Shown: in pieces, positions 9,691-19,663 of the stretch
Layout of the letters: each line of letters starts with the position of its first letter
How positions within the stretch are numbered: the first letter of the stretch is position 1
NCBI GenBank assembly: GCA_034521595.1
Contig: JAXHMG010000003.1
Span: 1,440,001-1,504,000 of the forward strand
DNA: 64,000 bases
Reading direction: 5' to 3'
Source: Gemmatimonadota bacterium
GTDB taxonomy: Bacteria > Gemmatimonadota > Gemmatimonadetes > Longimicrobiales > Gaopeijiaceae
Program-made: the position numbers and the translations under genes
The notes under the pieces: generated by a model
What the model saw: only the letters and a program-made list of their open reading frames with translations
Databases searched by the model: none
Told to the model about the DNA's origin: nothing

Positions 9691-9845
9691 TCATAACCTT
9701 CAGATGTTTCCGACGTGGCCACCACCGGCCGGTCCGCGCGGGCCTGATCGAGAATACGCTGGACCCCGCTTCCGGGCCACAACACCTTCGGGCCATGTAG
9801 AGGGAGCGACCGCAGGGAGCGGACCCGGAACCATATTTGTTATGG
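9691..9845 (-). other. attC-like recombination site
   Basis: On the minus strand: CCATAAC-AAAT-ATGGTTCCG ... CGGAAACAT-CTGAAG-GTTATGA, i.e. complementary outer and inner boxes, in the intergenic gap between two TA modules. 155 bp, longer than classic attC. Confidence 0.5.
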
Positions 9846-9884
9846 GACGTGTGCCGCCGCGCGACCCAACAAGAACGGTCCCAA

Positions 9885-10115
9885 CTAACGTCGTTCTCCA
9901 CGGATGATCAGGACCTCACCCGGCTGCAATCTTTCGGACGCTGCCACGGCCTCGTCCAAGAGAGGCACGAGATCAATCACTCGGTTCGTGACAGCGGCCA
10001 GCACGACGACCCGAATCTCATGATCCTTCAGACTTTGCTGGTACTGGAGGTTCTGGTCAGCGGTGAGGAAGACATCAAATGATGCAGCCGCACGCCGGAG
10101 GACTCGCACCCGCAA
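9885..10115 (-). pseudogene. DUF5615-like PIN toxin with internal N-terminal deletion
   Basis: LRRAAASFDVFLTADQNLQYQQ motif; the usual N-terminal LLDE...GW segment is missing. Confidence 0.6.
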
Positions 10116-10341
10116 CCAAAGCTTCCTGGGCGAGCCTGAGCACGCTCATGGCCTGCTCTCGGGAAACGGACGGAAAGTCCTCCAGAAACTCATCGAGCGT
10201 CTGCCCGGAGGCCAGATAATCGATCAGGTTCTGAACCGGGACCCGCGTCCCGGAGAATACCGTTGTGCCGCCAAGAATTTCGGGATCTTGGCTCAAGAGT
10301 TCTGGATTCGTCTGCATCTCGACCACCTCCGTGTCTCTCAA
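10075..10341 (-). CDS. DUF433 antitoxin
   Basis: QDPEILGGTTVFSGTRVPVQNLIDYLASGQTLDEFLEDFPSVSREQA; real start may be the second Met. Confidence 0.85.
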   Translation of the reverse strand: MRDTEVVEMQTNPELLSQDPEILGGTTVFSGTRVPVQNLIDYLASGQTLDEFLEDFPSVSREQAMSVLRLAQEALVAGASPPACGCII

Positions 10342-10404
10342 TCTACACCGGGACGGTCGGCCAGGCTCCCCGCTTCCTCATCCCAAAGGCACATGTCCCA
10401 TAAC

Positions 10405-10692
10405 TTCCGATAGCCGACCACGCGACCGAACGGACCGGGCCTCTCGGTGGCGGCGGACACCTCGTCCGTCCAGAAGGTGTGGCCGTTGATGGCTCGCAGA
10501 CGACGCAGCAACGTGATCGCCTCCTGCGGGCTTCGCGCGTCGGGAATCGCACGAGTGTTGCTGGATACGCGCACGAACCCCGACTCGGTCAGGGGTCAGG
10601 TCGCCCACCCCTGCCCGTGGACGGTACGGAACCAGTCGAGAGCGCGGGCATGATGGATGTGGTTGGGCCACGAGCACGTTGACGTCGAGCAG
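10405..10692 (-). pseudogene. N-terminal part of the split VapC toxin
   Basis: LLDVNVLVA, a frameshift, then NHIHHARALDWF...WATCPLTESGFVRVSSN...HTFWTDEVS...VVGYRK; similarity stops at 10404. Confidence 0.7.
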
Positions 10693-10819
10693 CCGGAACG
10701 TCCAGGTCGTGCTGAACGGATTCGGGACGCCGCAGGGCTTCACGCACGAGCGACGAGATCACGGACCCCATACGTTCGCCCCGTTCCCGCGCGAGGCTCC
10801 GGGTTGCGCTCCGCAGCAT
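10693..10819 (-). pseudogene. Truncated CopG/RHH-type antitoxin of the split vapC
   Basis: ATRSLARERGERMGSVISSLVREALRR resembles VapB RHH helices; the N-terminal MRTT strand is missing. Confidence 0.5.
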
Positions 10820-10911
10820 GAAGCCGTAGTCGTGACAGGGTTGGAGTGGCCGGGCTGTGTGCCGGACACGTGGCCCGGCGGCGTGGAGTGCTACTCGATC
10901 CGCGAGGCCCC

Positions 10912-13575
10912 ATGAGTTCCTTTCCGCACCTCCGCACCATCGGCCGACCTTTCCCGTCGATCCTGTCGGCCGGTCTCCTCGTGACCCTTGCGTCCGCCTG
11001 CGGCGACAGCTCACCTAGCGAGCCGACGCCGCCCGGCGGTGAGCAGGTCGCGGCCGTGGAGGTCCAGCCCGGAGCGGACACGCTCTTCGCGCTCGACGAT
11101 ACGGTGACGCTGACCGCCGTGGCCCGGGACCAAGCCGGCGAAATCGTGTCCGACGCGGGCATCTCGTGGCGGTCCTCGGCCCCGAACGTCGTCGTCGTCG
11201 ACGGGAATGGGACGGCAACGGCCGTGGGCAACGGCGCCGCGGTGATCACGGCCTCCGCGGCGGATGCCGAGGGCACGGCGGACCTGGCGGTAGCCCAGCT
11301 CGCTTCGAGCGTGCAGGTGACCCCGACCAGCGCGGTCCTCACCACCGTCGGGGACACCGCCCGCTTGAGCGCGGAAGGACAGGACGAGAACGGCAACGAG
11401 CTAGCGGGGGCCGACGTCGTGTGGCAGTCGGAGAACCACGCGGTGGCCACCGTGAGCCCGAGCGGGCTGGTCACCGCCCGGGGGAGCGGCGAGGCCGTCA
11501 TCACCGCCACCGTCCAGGACGTGCCCGGGCTCGCCGATGTCACCGTCGACCGGACGGTCGGGGGGCTCCGGTTCATGGTCGCCCCCTCCGACGCCGTGGC
11601 CGGCGAGGCCATCGACCCGGCGGTCCAGGTGGAGGTGGTGGATACCGCCGGGAACCGAGTGGAGGACCTGGAGCTCGCCGTCACCCTGGGGCTCGCCAAC
11701 GCCCAGACGCCGGCGACGCTCGAAGGCACCCGGACCGTAGGGGCCACCGCCGGCGTGGCCTCGTTCAGTGGCCTCTCGGTGGACCGGGTCGGGACCCACA
11801 CGCTCCGGGCCGTGGCCGGCACGGACACGGCCACGAGCGCACCGTTCGACATCGAGCCGGCCGAGGCCGCCGCGCTGCGCTTCGGCGCCCTGCCCTCCAC
11901 GGGGACCGCCGGCGAGGTCCTGGCGCCGGCGGAAGTGCGGGTGGAGGACGACTTCGGCAACCTGGTTCCGACGGCGAGCCCGACGGTGTCCGTTCGTCTC
12001 GAGGACGCGGACACCACCGCGCTCTCCGGCACCACGGCCGTGACCGCCGAGAACGGGATCGCCACCTTCGACGACCTGTCCGTGACCGAGGCCGGCGAGC
12101 ACGCCCTTACCACCGCGGTCGACAACGATGACAATATGGCCAGCGCGACAGGAGGGCCGCTCGAGATCACACCGGCCGCAGCGCACGGGCTCGCGTTCCG
12201 GGTTCAGCCGGATGCCGTGGAGGGCCACGAGTTGATGGAGCCGGCGGTAGAGGTGGTGGTCCGGGACACCTTCGGGAATCGGGTGCCGTCCGCGGATGTC
12301 GACGTCACCATCGGCCTGGGCCAGAGCCCCTCTTCGGGCCCCGATCCCGGCCTCGGCGGCACGTTGACGGCGGCGACCACCGACGGCGTCGCCGTCTTCG
12401 ACGCCCTGCGCGTCGATCGGCCGTACGACGGCTACACGATGCTGGCGAGCGCGTCGGGCCTGGAGTCCGCGGAGAGCACCCCGTTCTCCGTGAATCTGAC
12501 CTTCACCGATGTGGCCGTCGGTGGATCCCATACCTGTGCCGTCACCCAAGGCGGCGAGATCTACTGCTGGGGCGACAACGACTCCGGTCAGCTCGGGACC
12601 TCCTCGGTCGACGCCACGGCCGTGCCCGTGCGCGTCGAGGCGAATCTCAACTTCGGGACCGTCACGGCCGGCCGGTCGCACACCTGCGCGACCCTCCGGG
12701 CTCTCACCGTCCAGACCCCGTACTGCTGGGGGTGGAACGAGTTCGGCCAGCTCGGCGTCGGAGACCGAGAGGACCGGGCCGTCCCCACGGCCGTGGACGG
12801 CCCCGCCATGACCCGGGTGTCCGCCGGAACCGACCATACCTGCGGCCTCAACAGCGACGGCGTGTACTGCTGGGGCTCCAACAGCACGGGTCAGCTCGGC
12901 CAGCCCGGCACGTTCGAGGCGTCGCAGGTCAGCCCACGCCAGACGATCGGCGGGGGATTCCAGGCCGTCGCCGGGGGCGACCTGCACAGCTGTGCGGTGG
13001 ACACCGACGGCACCGCGTACTGCTGGGGCCACAATGACGCGGGCCAATTGGGCGACGGCAGTCATACCACCGCGACCTCCCCGGTCACGGTGGACGACTC
13101 CGGGGGGGCGGTCGTGTTCGAGACCATCACGGCCGGCGTCACGCAGACGTGCGGCACGTTTCCGGGCGAGGACATCGTGTTCTGCTGGGGAGCCAACAAC
13201 GGCGGCCAGCTCGGGACGGGCGATATGACATCCTCGACGACGCCGAGGCTGACCGTCGGCCCCGACCTCGTCGCGGTCGACGCGGGCTCCGGCTATACCT
13301 GCGGGATCAGCAACGCCTCGGAGGCCATGTGCTGGGGCGCGAACGGTCCCTGGCTCGGCCTGGGCGAGTCCGCCTACGCTGCCAACGTCCTGTCCCCGAC
13401 GGCCGTGCCGGTGGACGGAACCTTCACGGCCATCGAAGCCTCGCACGCCGCCGGGACGCATACTTGTGCGTTGACGACGGACGGGACGGTCTACTGCTGG
13501 GGAACGGGGCGGGCCGGTGAGCTCGGGAACGGCTCGGCCACCGACCGCTACAGGCCCACGCCGGTAATCCAGTAA
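10912..13575 (+). CDS. Surface lipoprotein with Ig-like (Big_2) domains and C-terminal RCC1/BLIP-II-like propeller
   Basis: Lipobox ASAC; WRSSAPNVVVVDGNG and WQSENHAVATVSPSG Big_2 motifs; seven CWG repeats of the HTC...YCWGxNxxGQLG type. Confidence 0.85.
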   Translation: MSSFPHLRTIGRPFPSILSAGLLVTLASACGDSSPSEPTPPGGEQVAAVEVQPGADTLFALDDTVTLTAVARDQAGEIVSDAGISWRSSAPNVVVVDGNGTATAVGNGAAVITASAADAEGTADLAVAQLASSVQVTPTSAVLTTVGDTARLSAEGQDENGNELAGADVVWQSENHAVATVSPSGLVTARGSGEAVITATVQDVPGLADVTVDRTVGGLRFMVAPSDAVAGEAIDPAVQVEVVDTAGNRVEDLELAVTLGLANAQTPATLEGTRTVGATAGVASFSGLSVDRVGTHTLRAVAGTDTATSAPFDIEPAEAAALRFGALPSTGTAGEVLAPAEVRVEDDFGNLVPTASPTVSVRLEDADTTALSGTTAVTAENGIATFDDLSVTEAGEHALTTAVDNDDNMASATGGPLEITPAAAHGLAFRVQPDAVEGHELMEPAVEVVVRDTFGNRVPSADVDVTIGLGQSPSSGPDPGLGGTLTAATTDGVAVFDALRVDRPYDGYTMLASASGLESAESTPFSVNLTFTDVAVGGSHTCAVTQGGEIYCWGDNDSGQLGTSSVDATAVPVRVEANLNFGTVTAGRSHTCATLRALTVQTPYCWGWNEFGQLGVGDREDRAVPTAVDGPAMTRVSAGTDHTCGLNSDGVYCWGSNSTGQLGQPGTFEASQVSPRQTIGGGFQAVAGGDLHSCAVDTDGTAYCWGHNDAGQLGDGSHTTATSPVTVDDSGGAVVFETITAGVTQTCGTFPGEDIVFCWGANNGGQLGTGDMTSSTTPRLTVGPDLVAVDAGSGYTCGISNASEAMCWGANGPWLGLGESAYAANVLSPTAVPVDGTFTAIEASHAAGTHTCALTTDGTVYCWGTGRAGELGNGSATDRYRPTPVIQ

Positions 13576-13607
13576 GCGGGCGGGCCGAAGCTACGCCTCT
13601 ACCCGCT

Positions 13608-15164
13608 TCAGGCGTCGTAGCTTCCCCAGACGTCACGCAACGCGTCACTGATCTCGCCGAGGGTCACGTGGGCCCGGACGGCAGCGATGATCGGGGGCAT
13701 GAGGTTCTCGTCGGTCCGGGCGACGGAACGAACGCGCTCGAGCGCGTCGCGCACGGTCGAGGCGTCCCGACGGCCCTTCAAAGCCGCGAGACGCTCGCGT
13801 TGCCCCTGCTCGAGAGCCGAGTAGTCGGGCTGTTCGATGCGGGCCTCCGGCTGGCCTTCCTCCGCGTGGTGGTTGAGGCCGACGATCTTCCGCCGCCCGG
13901 ACTCCACCTCCTGCTGGAACTGGTAGGCCGCACGGTGGATCTCGTCCTTCATGAACTCGATCGCGCGCGCGGCGCCTCCGAGCTCGTCGATGCGCTCCAG
14001 ATACTCCCGGGCGCGGCGCTCGACCTCGTCCGTCAGAGACTCGATGAAGTGCGACCCACCGAGCGGATCCGCCGTGCGCACGATCCCGGATTCGGAGGCC
14101 AGGATCTGCTGCGTGCGGAGCGCCAGCGTGGCGGATTCGGTCGTGGGGAGCGCGAGCGCCTCGTCGTATCCGTTCGTGTGGAGCGACTGGGTGCCTCCCA
14201 GCGTGGCGGCCAGCGCCTGGACGGTGACGCGCACGACGTTGTTCAGGGGCTGCTGCGCCGTGAGCGTGGAGCCACCGGTTTGCGTATGGAAGCGCAGCCG
14301 GCAGGCCCGGTCCGAGCCGCCGAAGCGCTCCCGCATGATGTCGGCCCACAGCCGGCGGGCCGCCCGGAACTTGGCCACTTCCTCGAAGAGGTCGTTGTGG
14401 GCCGCGAAGAAGAAGGAGAGGCGCGGCGCGAACGCCTCGAGGTCGAGCCCGGAGGCGAGCGCCCGCTCCACGTATTCGATGCCGTTGGCGAAGGTGAACG
14501 CGATCTCCTGCGGGGCGGTCGAGCCCGCTTCACGGATGTGGTATCCCGAGATCGAGATCGTATTCCACTTCGGGACCTCGGTGGAGCAGAAGGCCATGAT
14601 GTCCGAGACCAGCCGGAGGCTCTGCTCGACCGGGTAGATGTAGGTGCCCCTGGCGATGTACTCCTTGAGCACGTCGTTCTGGAGCGTGCCGGCGAGCTTC
14701 TCCCGCGGCACGCCCTGCTCGTCTCCGAGCGCGACATAGAACGCCAGCAGAATACCGGCCGTCGCGTTGATCGTCATCGACGTCGACACCTCGTCGAGAC
14801 GGATGCCGTGGAAGAGGCGCCGCATGTCCTCGATGGAATCGATCGCCACGCCGACGCGTCCGACTTCGCCGGAGGCCATCGACGCGTCGGAGTCGAAGCC
14901 CATCTGCGTCGGGAGGTCGAAGGCCACCGACAGCCCGGTCTGCCCCCGATCGAGCAGGTAGCGGAACCGCTCGTTGGTCTCCTCCGCCGTGCCGAAGCCC
15001 GCGTACTGCCGCATGGTCCAGACGCGTCCCCGGTACATGTCCGGGTAGATGCCGCGGGTGTACGGATGGGCGCCCGGCTCGCCGGTCGGGCCGTGCTCCG
15101 CGGGTCCGTAGACCGGCTCGACCGGGATGCCGCTGTCCGTCCGGTACTGCTCGTCCTCACTCAT
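13608..15164 (-). CDS. Methylmalonyl-CoA mutase-family substrate-binding subunit (no B12 domain)
   Basis: [50 protein letters not shown]; start refined to MSEDEQY. Confidence 0.92.
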   Translation of the reverse strand: MSEDEQYRTDSGIPVEPVYGPAEHGPTGEPGAHPYTRGIYPDMYRGRVWTMRQYAGFGTAEETNERFRYLLDRGQTGLSVAFDLPTQMGFDSDASMASGEVGRVGVAIDSIEDMRRLFHGIRLDEVSTSMTINATAGILLAFYVALGDEQGVPREKLAGTLQNDVLKEYIARGTYIYPVEQSLRLVSDIMAFCSTEVPKWNTISISGYHIREAGSTAPQEIAFTFANGIEYVERALASGLDLEAFAPRLSFFFAAHNDLFEEVAKFRAARRLWADIMRERFGGSDRACRLRFHTQTGGSTLTAQQPLNNVVRVTVQALAATLGGTQSLHTNGYDEALALPTTESATLALRTQQILASESGIVRTADPLGGSHFIESLTDEVERRAREYLERIDELGGAARAIEFMKDEIHRAAYQFQQEVESGRRKIVGLNHHAEEGQPEARIEQPDYSALEQGQRERLAALKGRRDASTVRDALERVRSVARTDENLMPPIIAAVRAHVTLGEISDALRDVWGSYDA

Positions 15165-15169
15165 GCCGT

Positions 15170-15688
15170 TCACTCGTCCTCGGCGTCGGGAGACAGAAAG
15201 TCGACCAGCACCTGGCCCTTCTCGACCGTGTCGCCGGCCGCCACGTGGACCGTGCCCACGACGCAGGGCACCTCGGCCTTGAGCTCGTTCTCCATCTTCA
15301 TGGCTTCCACGATGACGACGCCCTGGCCCGGTTGCACCTCGTCGCCTTCCGTGACCTCGACCTGCACCACCAAGCCGGGCATCGGCGCCGTGACGGGCTT
15401 GGGCCCCGAGGCGGCACCGATGGCGCCCGTGAGCTCGCGGATCGCGCGCGTGCGCTCGTCGACGACCTCGGCCTCGATGGGGTGGCCACTCACGTTCAGG
15501 CGCCACCCGCCCCGCCCTTCCGGGTGGGCGACGACACGGTACGAAGCGCCGTCCAGCCGGAGCCCCCGCACGGGCGTTCCACCGAGGGCGGCGAGCTCCG
15601 CGTCGACTTGCCGGCCGTCCACCTCGATGCCGTCGGCTCCGAACTCGACCTCGAAGGTCCGCCCCCCCACCGTCACATGGTACAGCAT
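15170..15688 (-). CDS. Biotin carboxyl carrier protein subunit
   Basis: APMPG and EAMKMENE biotinylation motif. Confidence 0.92.
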   Translation of the reverse strand: MLYHVTVGGRTFEVEFGADGIEVDGRQVDAELAALGGTPVRGLRLDGASYRVVAHPEGRGGWRLNVSGHPIEAEVVDERTRAIRELTGAIGAASGPKPVTAPMPGLVVQVEVTEGDEVQPGQGVVIVEAMKMENELKAEVPCVVGTVHVAAGDTVEKGQVLVDFLSPDAEDE

Positions 15689-16954
15689 TCAGCCACCCCT
15701 GCTCAGGTTCATCGTGACGACCGTCTCGACGTGGGCCGTCTGCGGAAAAAGGTCGAAGCACCGCACCCGCGCGACCTCGTAGGCGGACGCGAGGCCGGAG
15801 AGGTCGCGCGCCAGGGTGGCAGGATCGCAGCTCACGTAGACGAGCCTCCGAGGGCGAGTGTCCAGAACCGTCTCGACGACCGCGTCATCCACACCCGTTC
15901 GGGGCGGATTGAGGATCAGCGCGTCGGGCGCGGACAACTCCGGCAGGACGCGCTCGACCTTGCCCGTCCGTACGCGAAAGCCGGCCGGGGCATCGACCTC
16001 GGCCCTCTCCACGGCCTCGGGATCCATCTCGATCCCGATCACGTCGGCACCGCGCGCGGCGAGGGCGCGCCCGTACGGACCCACGCCGCAATACGCGTCG
16101 ACCACCGTCGCGGCCTCCCCCGCTTCTTCCATCACGTGCGCACGCAAAAGCTCCGCCGCTCCGCTGTTGACCTGCTCGAAGCCCGGCGAGGGCGACCCTT
16201 CGTCCGGCTCGTGAACGACGGAGGACAGCTCGGGCACGGCGTCCATGAGGGTCGCGGGCCGCCACGACGCGTCGCCCCCGGAGACGATCAGCCCCACGCC
16301 GCCGTCGTCGCGCACCCGGAGGGTCAGCCGCAAGCGCCCACCGTCCGGCAACGCCCGGGCACCGGGACCCCAACGCTGCCGGAGCTGTATCCAAGCGCGT
16401 TCGATCGGCTCCTCCGGAAGGACGCACTCGTCGTGGATCTCGACGACGTGCCCGGGGCGCTCCAGGCCGTGCAGCCCGGCCACCACCCGTCCCCCACGGA
16501 GGCGCCGGAGGGTGAACGACATGCGGTTCCGGTAGCGCACCGGCTCGGGCGAGGCGACGACCTCGGGCACGTCCACGCGCCCGAGCCCGCCGATGCGGTC
16601 GAACGCTTCGACCACCATGCTCCGCTTCCAGGCACGTTGCACGTCTTCGGGGAGGTGCTGGAGCTGACATCCCCCACACACGTCGTACCGGGTGCACAGA
16701 GGCTCGCGGCGGTCCGGCGAGGGCTCGAGCACCTCGAGCAAGGTCCCTTCCGCCCACCGCGGCTTCACGCGCGTCAGCCGGAGCCGAACCCGGTCACCCG
16801 GTGCCGTCCTCGGAACGAACACGGCACGTCCGTCCTCGAGCCGCCCGACGCCGGCCCCCCGGGACGAGATCCCGTGGACGTCGACCTCGGCGACGGTGCC
16901 CTTTTCCGGGGCGGCCGTGCTCAACGAGCCCATGGCGCTCCGGCCTTCCGCCAC
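15689..16954 (-). CDS. rlmD: TRAM-domain RNA (uracil-C5)-methyltransferase, RlmD/TrmA family
   Basis: [44 protein letters not shown]; start may be 16933. Confidence 0.85.
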   Translation of the reverse strand: MAEGRSAMGSLSTAAPEKGTVAEVDVHGISSRGAGVGRLEDGRAVFVPRTAPGDRVRLRLTRVKPRWAEGTLLEVLEPSPDRREPLCTRYDVCGGCQLQHLPEDVQRAWKRSMVVEAFDRIGGLGRVDVPEVVASPEPVRYRNRMSFTLRRLRGGRVVAGLHGLERPGHVVEIHDECVLPEEPIERAWIQLRQRWGPGARALPDGGRLRLTLRVRDDGGVGLIVSGGDASWRPATLMDAVPELSSVVHEPDEGSPSPGFEQVNSGAAELLRAHVMEEAGEAATVVDAYCGVGPYGRALAARGADVIGIEMDPEAVERAEVDAPAGFRVRTGKVERVLPELSAPDALILNPPRTGVDDAVVETVLDTRPRRLVYVSCDPATLARDLSGLASAYEVARVRCFDLFPQTAHVETVVTMNLSRGG

Positions 16955-18420
16955 GCGGACATCTCCGTTCCGGCGGCCGTCCCGACGCGCGGCGTGCGGT
17001 GCCGCTGGCGATCCTCGTGCTCGAGCAGCGCGGCGCCCACGGCCGCGGCCGTCAGCACGTCGTCCGAGCGCTCCGGCTCGACCACCTCCGGATGCTCCTC
17101 CAGATACCGGATCGACAGATCGCCCGCCCGGAACTCCGGCTCGGCCATGACGCGGCGATGGAAGCCGGTGCAGCTGTCCACCCCGACGATGACCAGCTCC
17201 TCGAGCGCCCGCTTCATCCGTTCGATCGCATGGTCACGGTCGCTTCCGTGCACGATCAGCTTCGCGAGCAGCGGATCGTAGTGGAGCGTCACCTCCGAGC
17301 CTTCGAGCACTCCGCCGTCCCAGCGCACGCCGGGGCCGCTGGGGAGCGAGAGGTGCGTGATGGTTCCCGTCGACGGGAGGAAGCCGTGCTCCGGGTCTTC
17401 CGAAGTGATCCGGCACTCGATGGCGTGACCCGTCAGCGTGAGGTCCTCCTGGCCGAACGGGAGCGCCTCCCCCGAGGCCACGCGGAGCTGCCAGTCGACG
17501 AGATCGATGCCGGTGACCAGCTCCGTGACCGGATGCTCGACCTGGATGCGGGTGTTCATCTCGAGGAAGAAGAACTCACCGTCCTGGTAGAGGAACTCGA
17601 TCGTGCCCGCCCCGCGGTACGACACCGCCTGGGCCGCGCGCACCGCCGCCTCGCCCATCGCCGCGCGCTCGTCGGGGCTGAGCACCGGAGAGGGGGCCTC
17701 CTCGACGAGCTTCTGGTGCCGACGCTGGATCGAGCACTCCCGCTCCGCGAGGTGCATCACGTTCCCGTGCGTATCGCCGAGCACCTGGATCTCGATGTGG
17801 CGAGGACGGTCGAGGTACCGCTCGAGGTACACCGAATCGTCGCCGAAGGCCGCGAGCGCCTCCCGCTGTGCCGCGTCGAACGCACGCGGCAGCTCGTCGG
17901 GCTCCGCCACGACGCGCATCCCCTTGCCTCCCCCGCCCGCCGCCGCCTTCAGCAACACCGGGTAGCCGATCTCCTCGGCCGCTTCGACGGCGGCGTCCGT
18001 GTCGGCCACCGCTTCGGTGAGGCCGGGCACGATGGGGACCCCGGCCTCGGTCATGCGCCGGCGCGCCTCGGTCTTGTCGCCCATGGCCGAGATGGTCTCC
18101 GACGTCGGGCCGACGAAGACCAGACCGGCGTCTTCCACGGCCTGGGCGAACCCGGCGCGCTCGGCGAGGAAGCCGTAGCCCGGATGAATCGCTTCGGCGC
18201 CGGCCTCGCGGGCCACCTCGATCAGGCGATCCACCTTGAGGTAGCTCTCGGCCGACGGCGCGGGGCCGATCAGATACGCTTCATCCGCCGCCAACGCGTG
18301 CGGGGCCATCCGGTCCGCTTCGGAGTACACGGCGACCGTACGGATCCCGCGCTCGCGGGCGGCCCGGATGATGCGAACCGCGATCTCTCCACGGTTGGCG
18401 ACGAGTAGCGACCGGATCAC
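16921..18420 (-). CDS. accC: Biotin carboxylase subunit (acetyl/propionyl-CoA carboxylase)
   Basis: LVANRGEIAVR, HPGYGFLAE, GGGGKGMR, ERECSIQRRHQK, EMNTRIQVEHPVTE. Confidence 0.93.
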   Translation of the reverse strand: MIRSLLVANRGEIAVRIIRAARERGIRTVAVYSEADRMAPHALAADEAYLIGPAPSAESYLKVDRLIEVAREAGAEAIHPGYGFLAERAGFAQAVEDAGLVFVGPTSETISAMGDKTEARRRMTEAGVPIVPGLTEAVADTDAAVEAAEEIGYPVLLKAAAGGGGKGMRVVAEPDELPRAFDAAQREALAAFGDDSVYLERYLDRPRHIEIQVLGDTHGNVMHLAERECSIQRRHQKLVEEAPSPVLSPDERAAMGEAAVRAAQAVSYRGAGTIEFLYQDGEFFFLEMNTRIQVEHPVTELVTGIDLVDWQLRVASGEALPFGQEDLTLTGHAIECRITSEDPEHGFLPSTGTITHLSLPSGPGVRWDGGVLEGSEVTLHYDPLLAKLIVHGSDRDHAIERMKRALEELVIVGVDSCTGFHRRVMAEPEFRAGDLSIRYLEEHPEVVEPERSDDVLTAAAVGAALLEHEDRQRHRTPRVGTAAGTEMSAWRKAGAPWAR

Positions 18421-18525
18421 GCTTGCACACCCTCGGACTGCGGAGGAACGGGCCCGGGCGACCCCGGGGTTTCGAGGCCCGAAGTTTAGCAGTCCGTACC
18501 GAAAATCTGAACGGTGATCGGGACG

Positions 18526-19548
18526 TCAGCCGCCGACCCGGCCCGACACGTTCATCTCGCTCCCGTCGCGGCGAATCCGGAACGTGACGGCTTCTCCGTC
18601 TTCATAGGTCGACAGGATGTCCCTCACCCGCGCGGGGTCGTCCACGGCGCGCCCGGCGATCTCGAGGATCACGTCTCCCACCTCGAGCCCGAGCCCGTTC
18701 TCGCCGTGCTCGGCGGCGACCAACACGCCCCGGTCCGTCCCGAAATACGCGCCGAGATCGGGGTTGACGGCCACCAGCTCGAGGCCCGAGCGTCCCCCCG
18801 GACCGAGCCGGAGCCGGGACACGCCTTCGCTTCCCGGTCCGTCGAAGCGGAACCGGTATTCGCCGGGCGGCACGCGCACGGCACCGGGCCCTGGCGCGTG
18901 CGGCCCGTCCGGCGGGCGCACGTCGATGCGTCCGTGCAGATCCCGCATCCGGTCCGAGAGCGCGCGCATCCGCTCACCGAAGGCTTCCGCGTCCCACTCC
19001 GGAGCCATGGGTCCGGCGAGCCGCCCCCAACCGGTGAGGTTCTCGGCTTCGAGCGTGGCCGTGCGGGCCTCCCCTTGCCGGCGGTAGGTGAGCGTCACCG
19101 AGTCGCCCGGCTCCACGTCACGGGCCAGGGCGAGCAGGCGTTGCGCCGGGAGGGAGCGACCCGGGTCGAGCGCGCGCTCACGCTCGTCCTCGAGCGGCTC
19201 GGTCAGGGACCGTCCGTCCAGCCGGGTCACGACGTCGCCTTCCCGCAGGCCCGCCCGGGCGGCCGGTCCGTCCTCGAGGACGCCGGAGACCCGAGCGCCC
19301 TCGGGCACCCCCTCGGTCTCGGAGACGTCGACCGAGATCCCGAGCCGCGGCCCCTCGTGCCCCGGACCCCACGGCCCGGTCACCATCTGCTCGAAGCGGG
19401 GCGTTCGCACGCACACACAGTCCTCGAGCTCGTTCCCGTCCGCGTCCACGCACCTGCATTCGGCTTCCCGGTCCTGCGCGCTCGCCGTCGCCTGGACCAT
19501 CGCGAGCAGGCCCGCGAGCACGACGCCCATCACCCGACCCATCGTCAT
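18526..19548 (-). CDS. Secreted double-PDZ-domain protein
   Basis: Signal peptide; PRLGISV...GPAARAGLREGDVV and GLEVGDVILEIAG PDZ motifs. Confidence 0.75.
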   Translation of the reverse strand: MTMGRVMGVVLAGLLAMVQATASAQDREAECRCVDADGNELEDCVCVRTPRFEQMVTGPWGPGHEGPRLGISVDVSETEGVPEGARVSGVLEDGPAARAGLREGDVVTRLDGRSLTEPLEDERERALDPGRSLPAQRLLALARDVEPGDSVTLTYRRQGEARTATLEAENLTGWGRLAGPMAPEWDAEAFGERMRALSDRMRDLHGRIDVRPPDGPHAPGPGAVRVPPGEYRFRFDGPGSEGVSRLRLGPGGRSGLELVAVNPDLGAYFGTDRGVLVAAEHGENGLGLEVGDVILEIAGRAVDDPARVRDILSTYEDGEAVTFRIRRDGSEMNVSGRVGG

Positions 19549-19663
19549 CGTATCGCTCCCGTGTAGAAGTGTGTTCACCTCTACGACGCGAGCGGACGTG
19601 GAACGGTTGCCCGGGAACGGCCGCGGCGCGCTCGAGATGCGCGGGGCGGGCCACCCCACGGTG

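Noticed and set aside
12500-13575. Regularly spaced TGCTGGGG repeats as a CRISPR-like array
   Set aside because: They are codons of RCC1 CWG repeats; no CRISPR array or cas gene was seen in the window.
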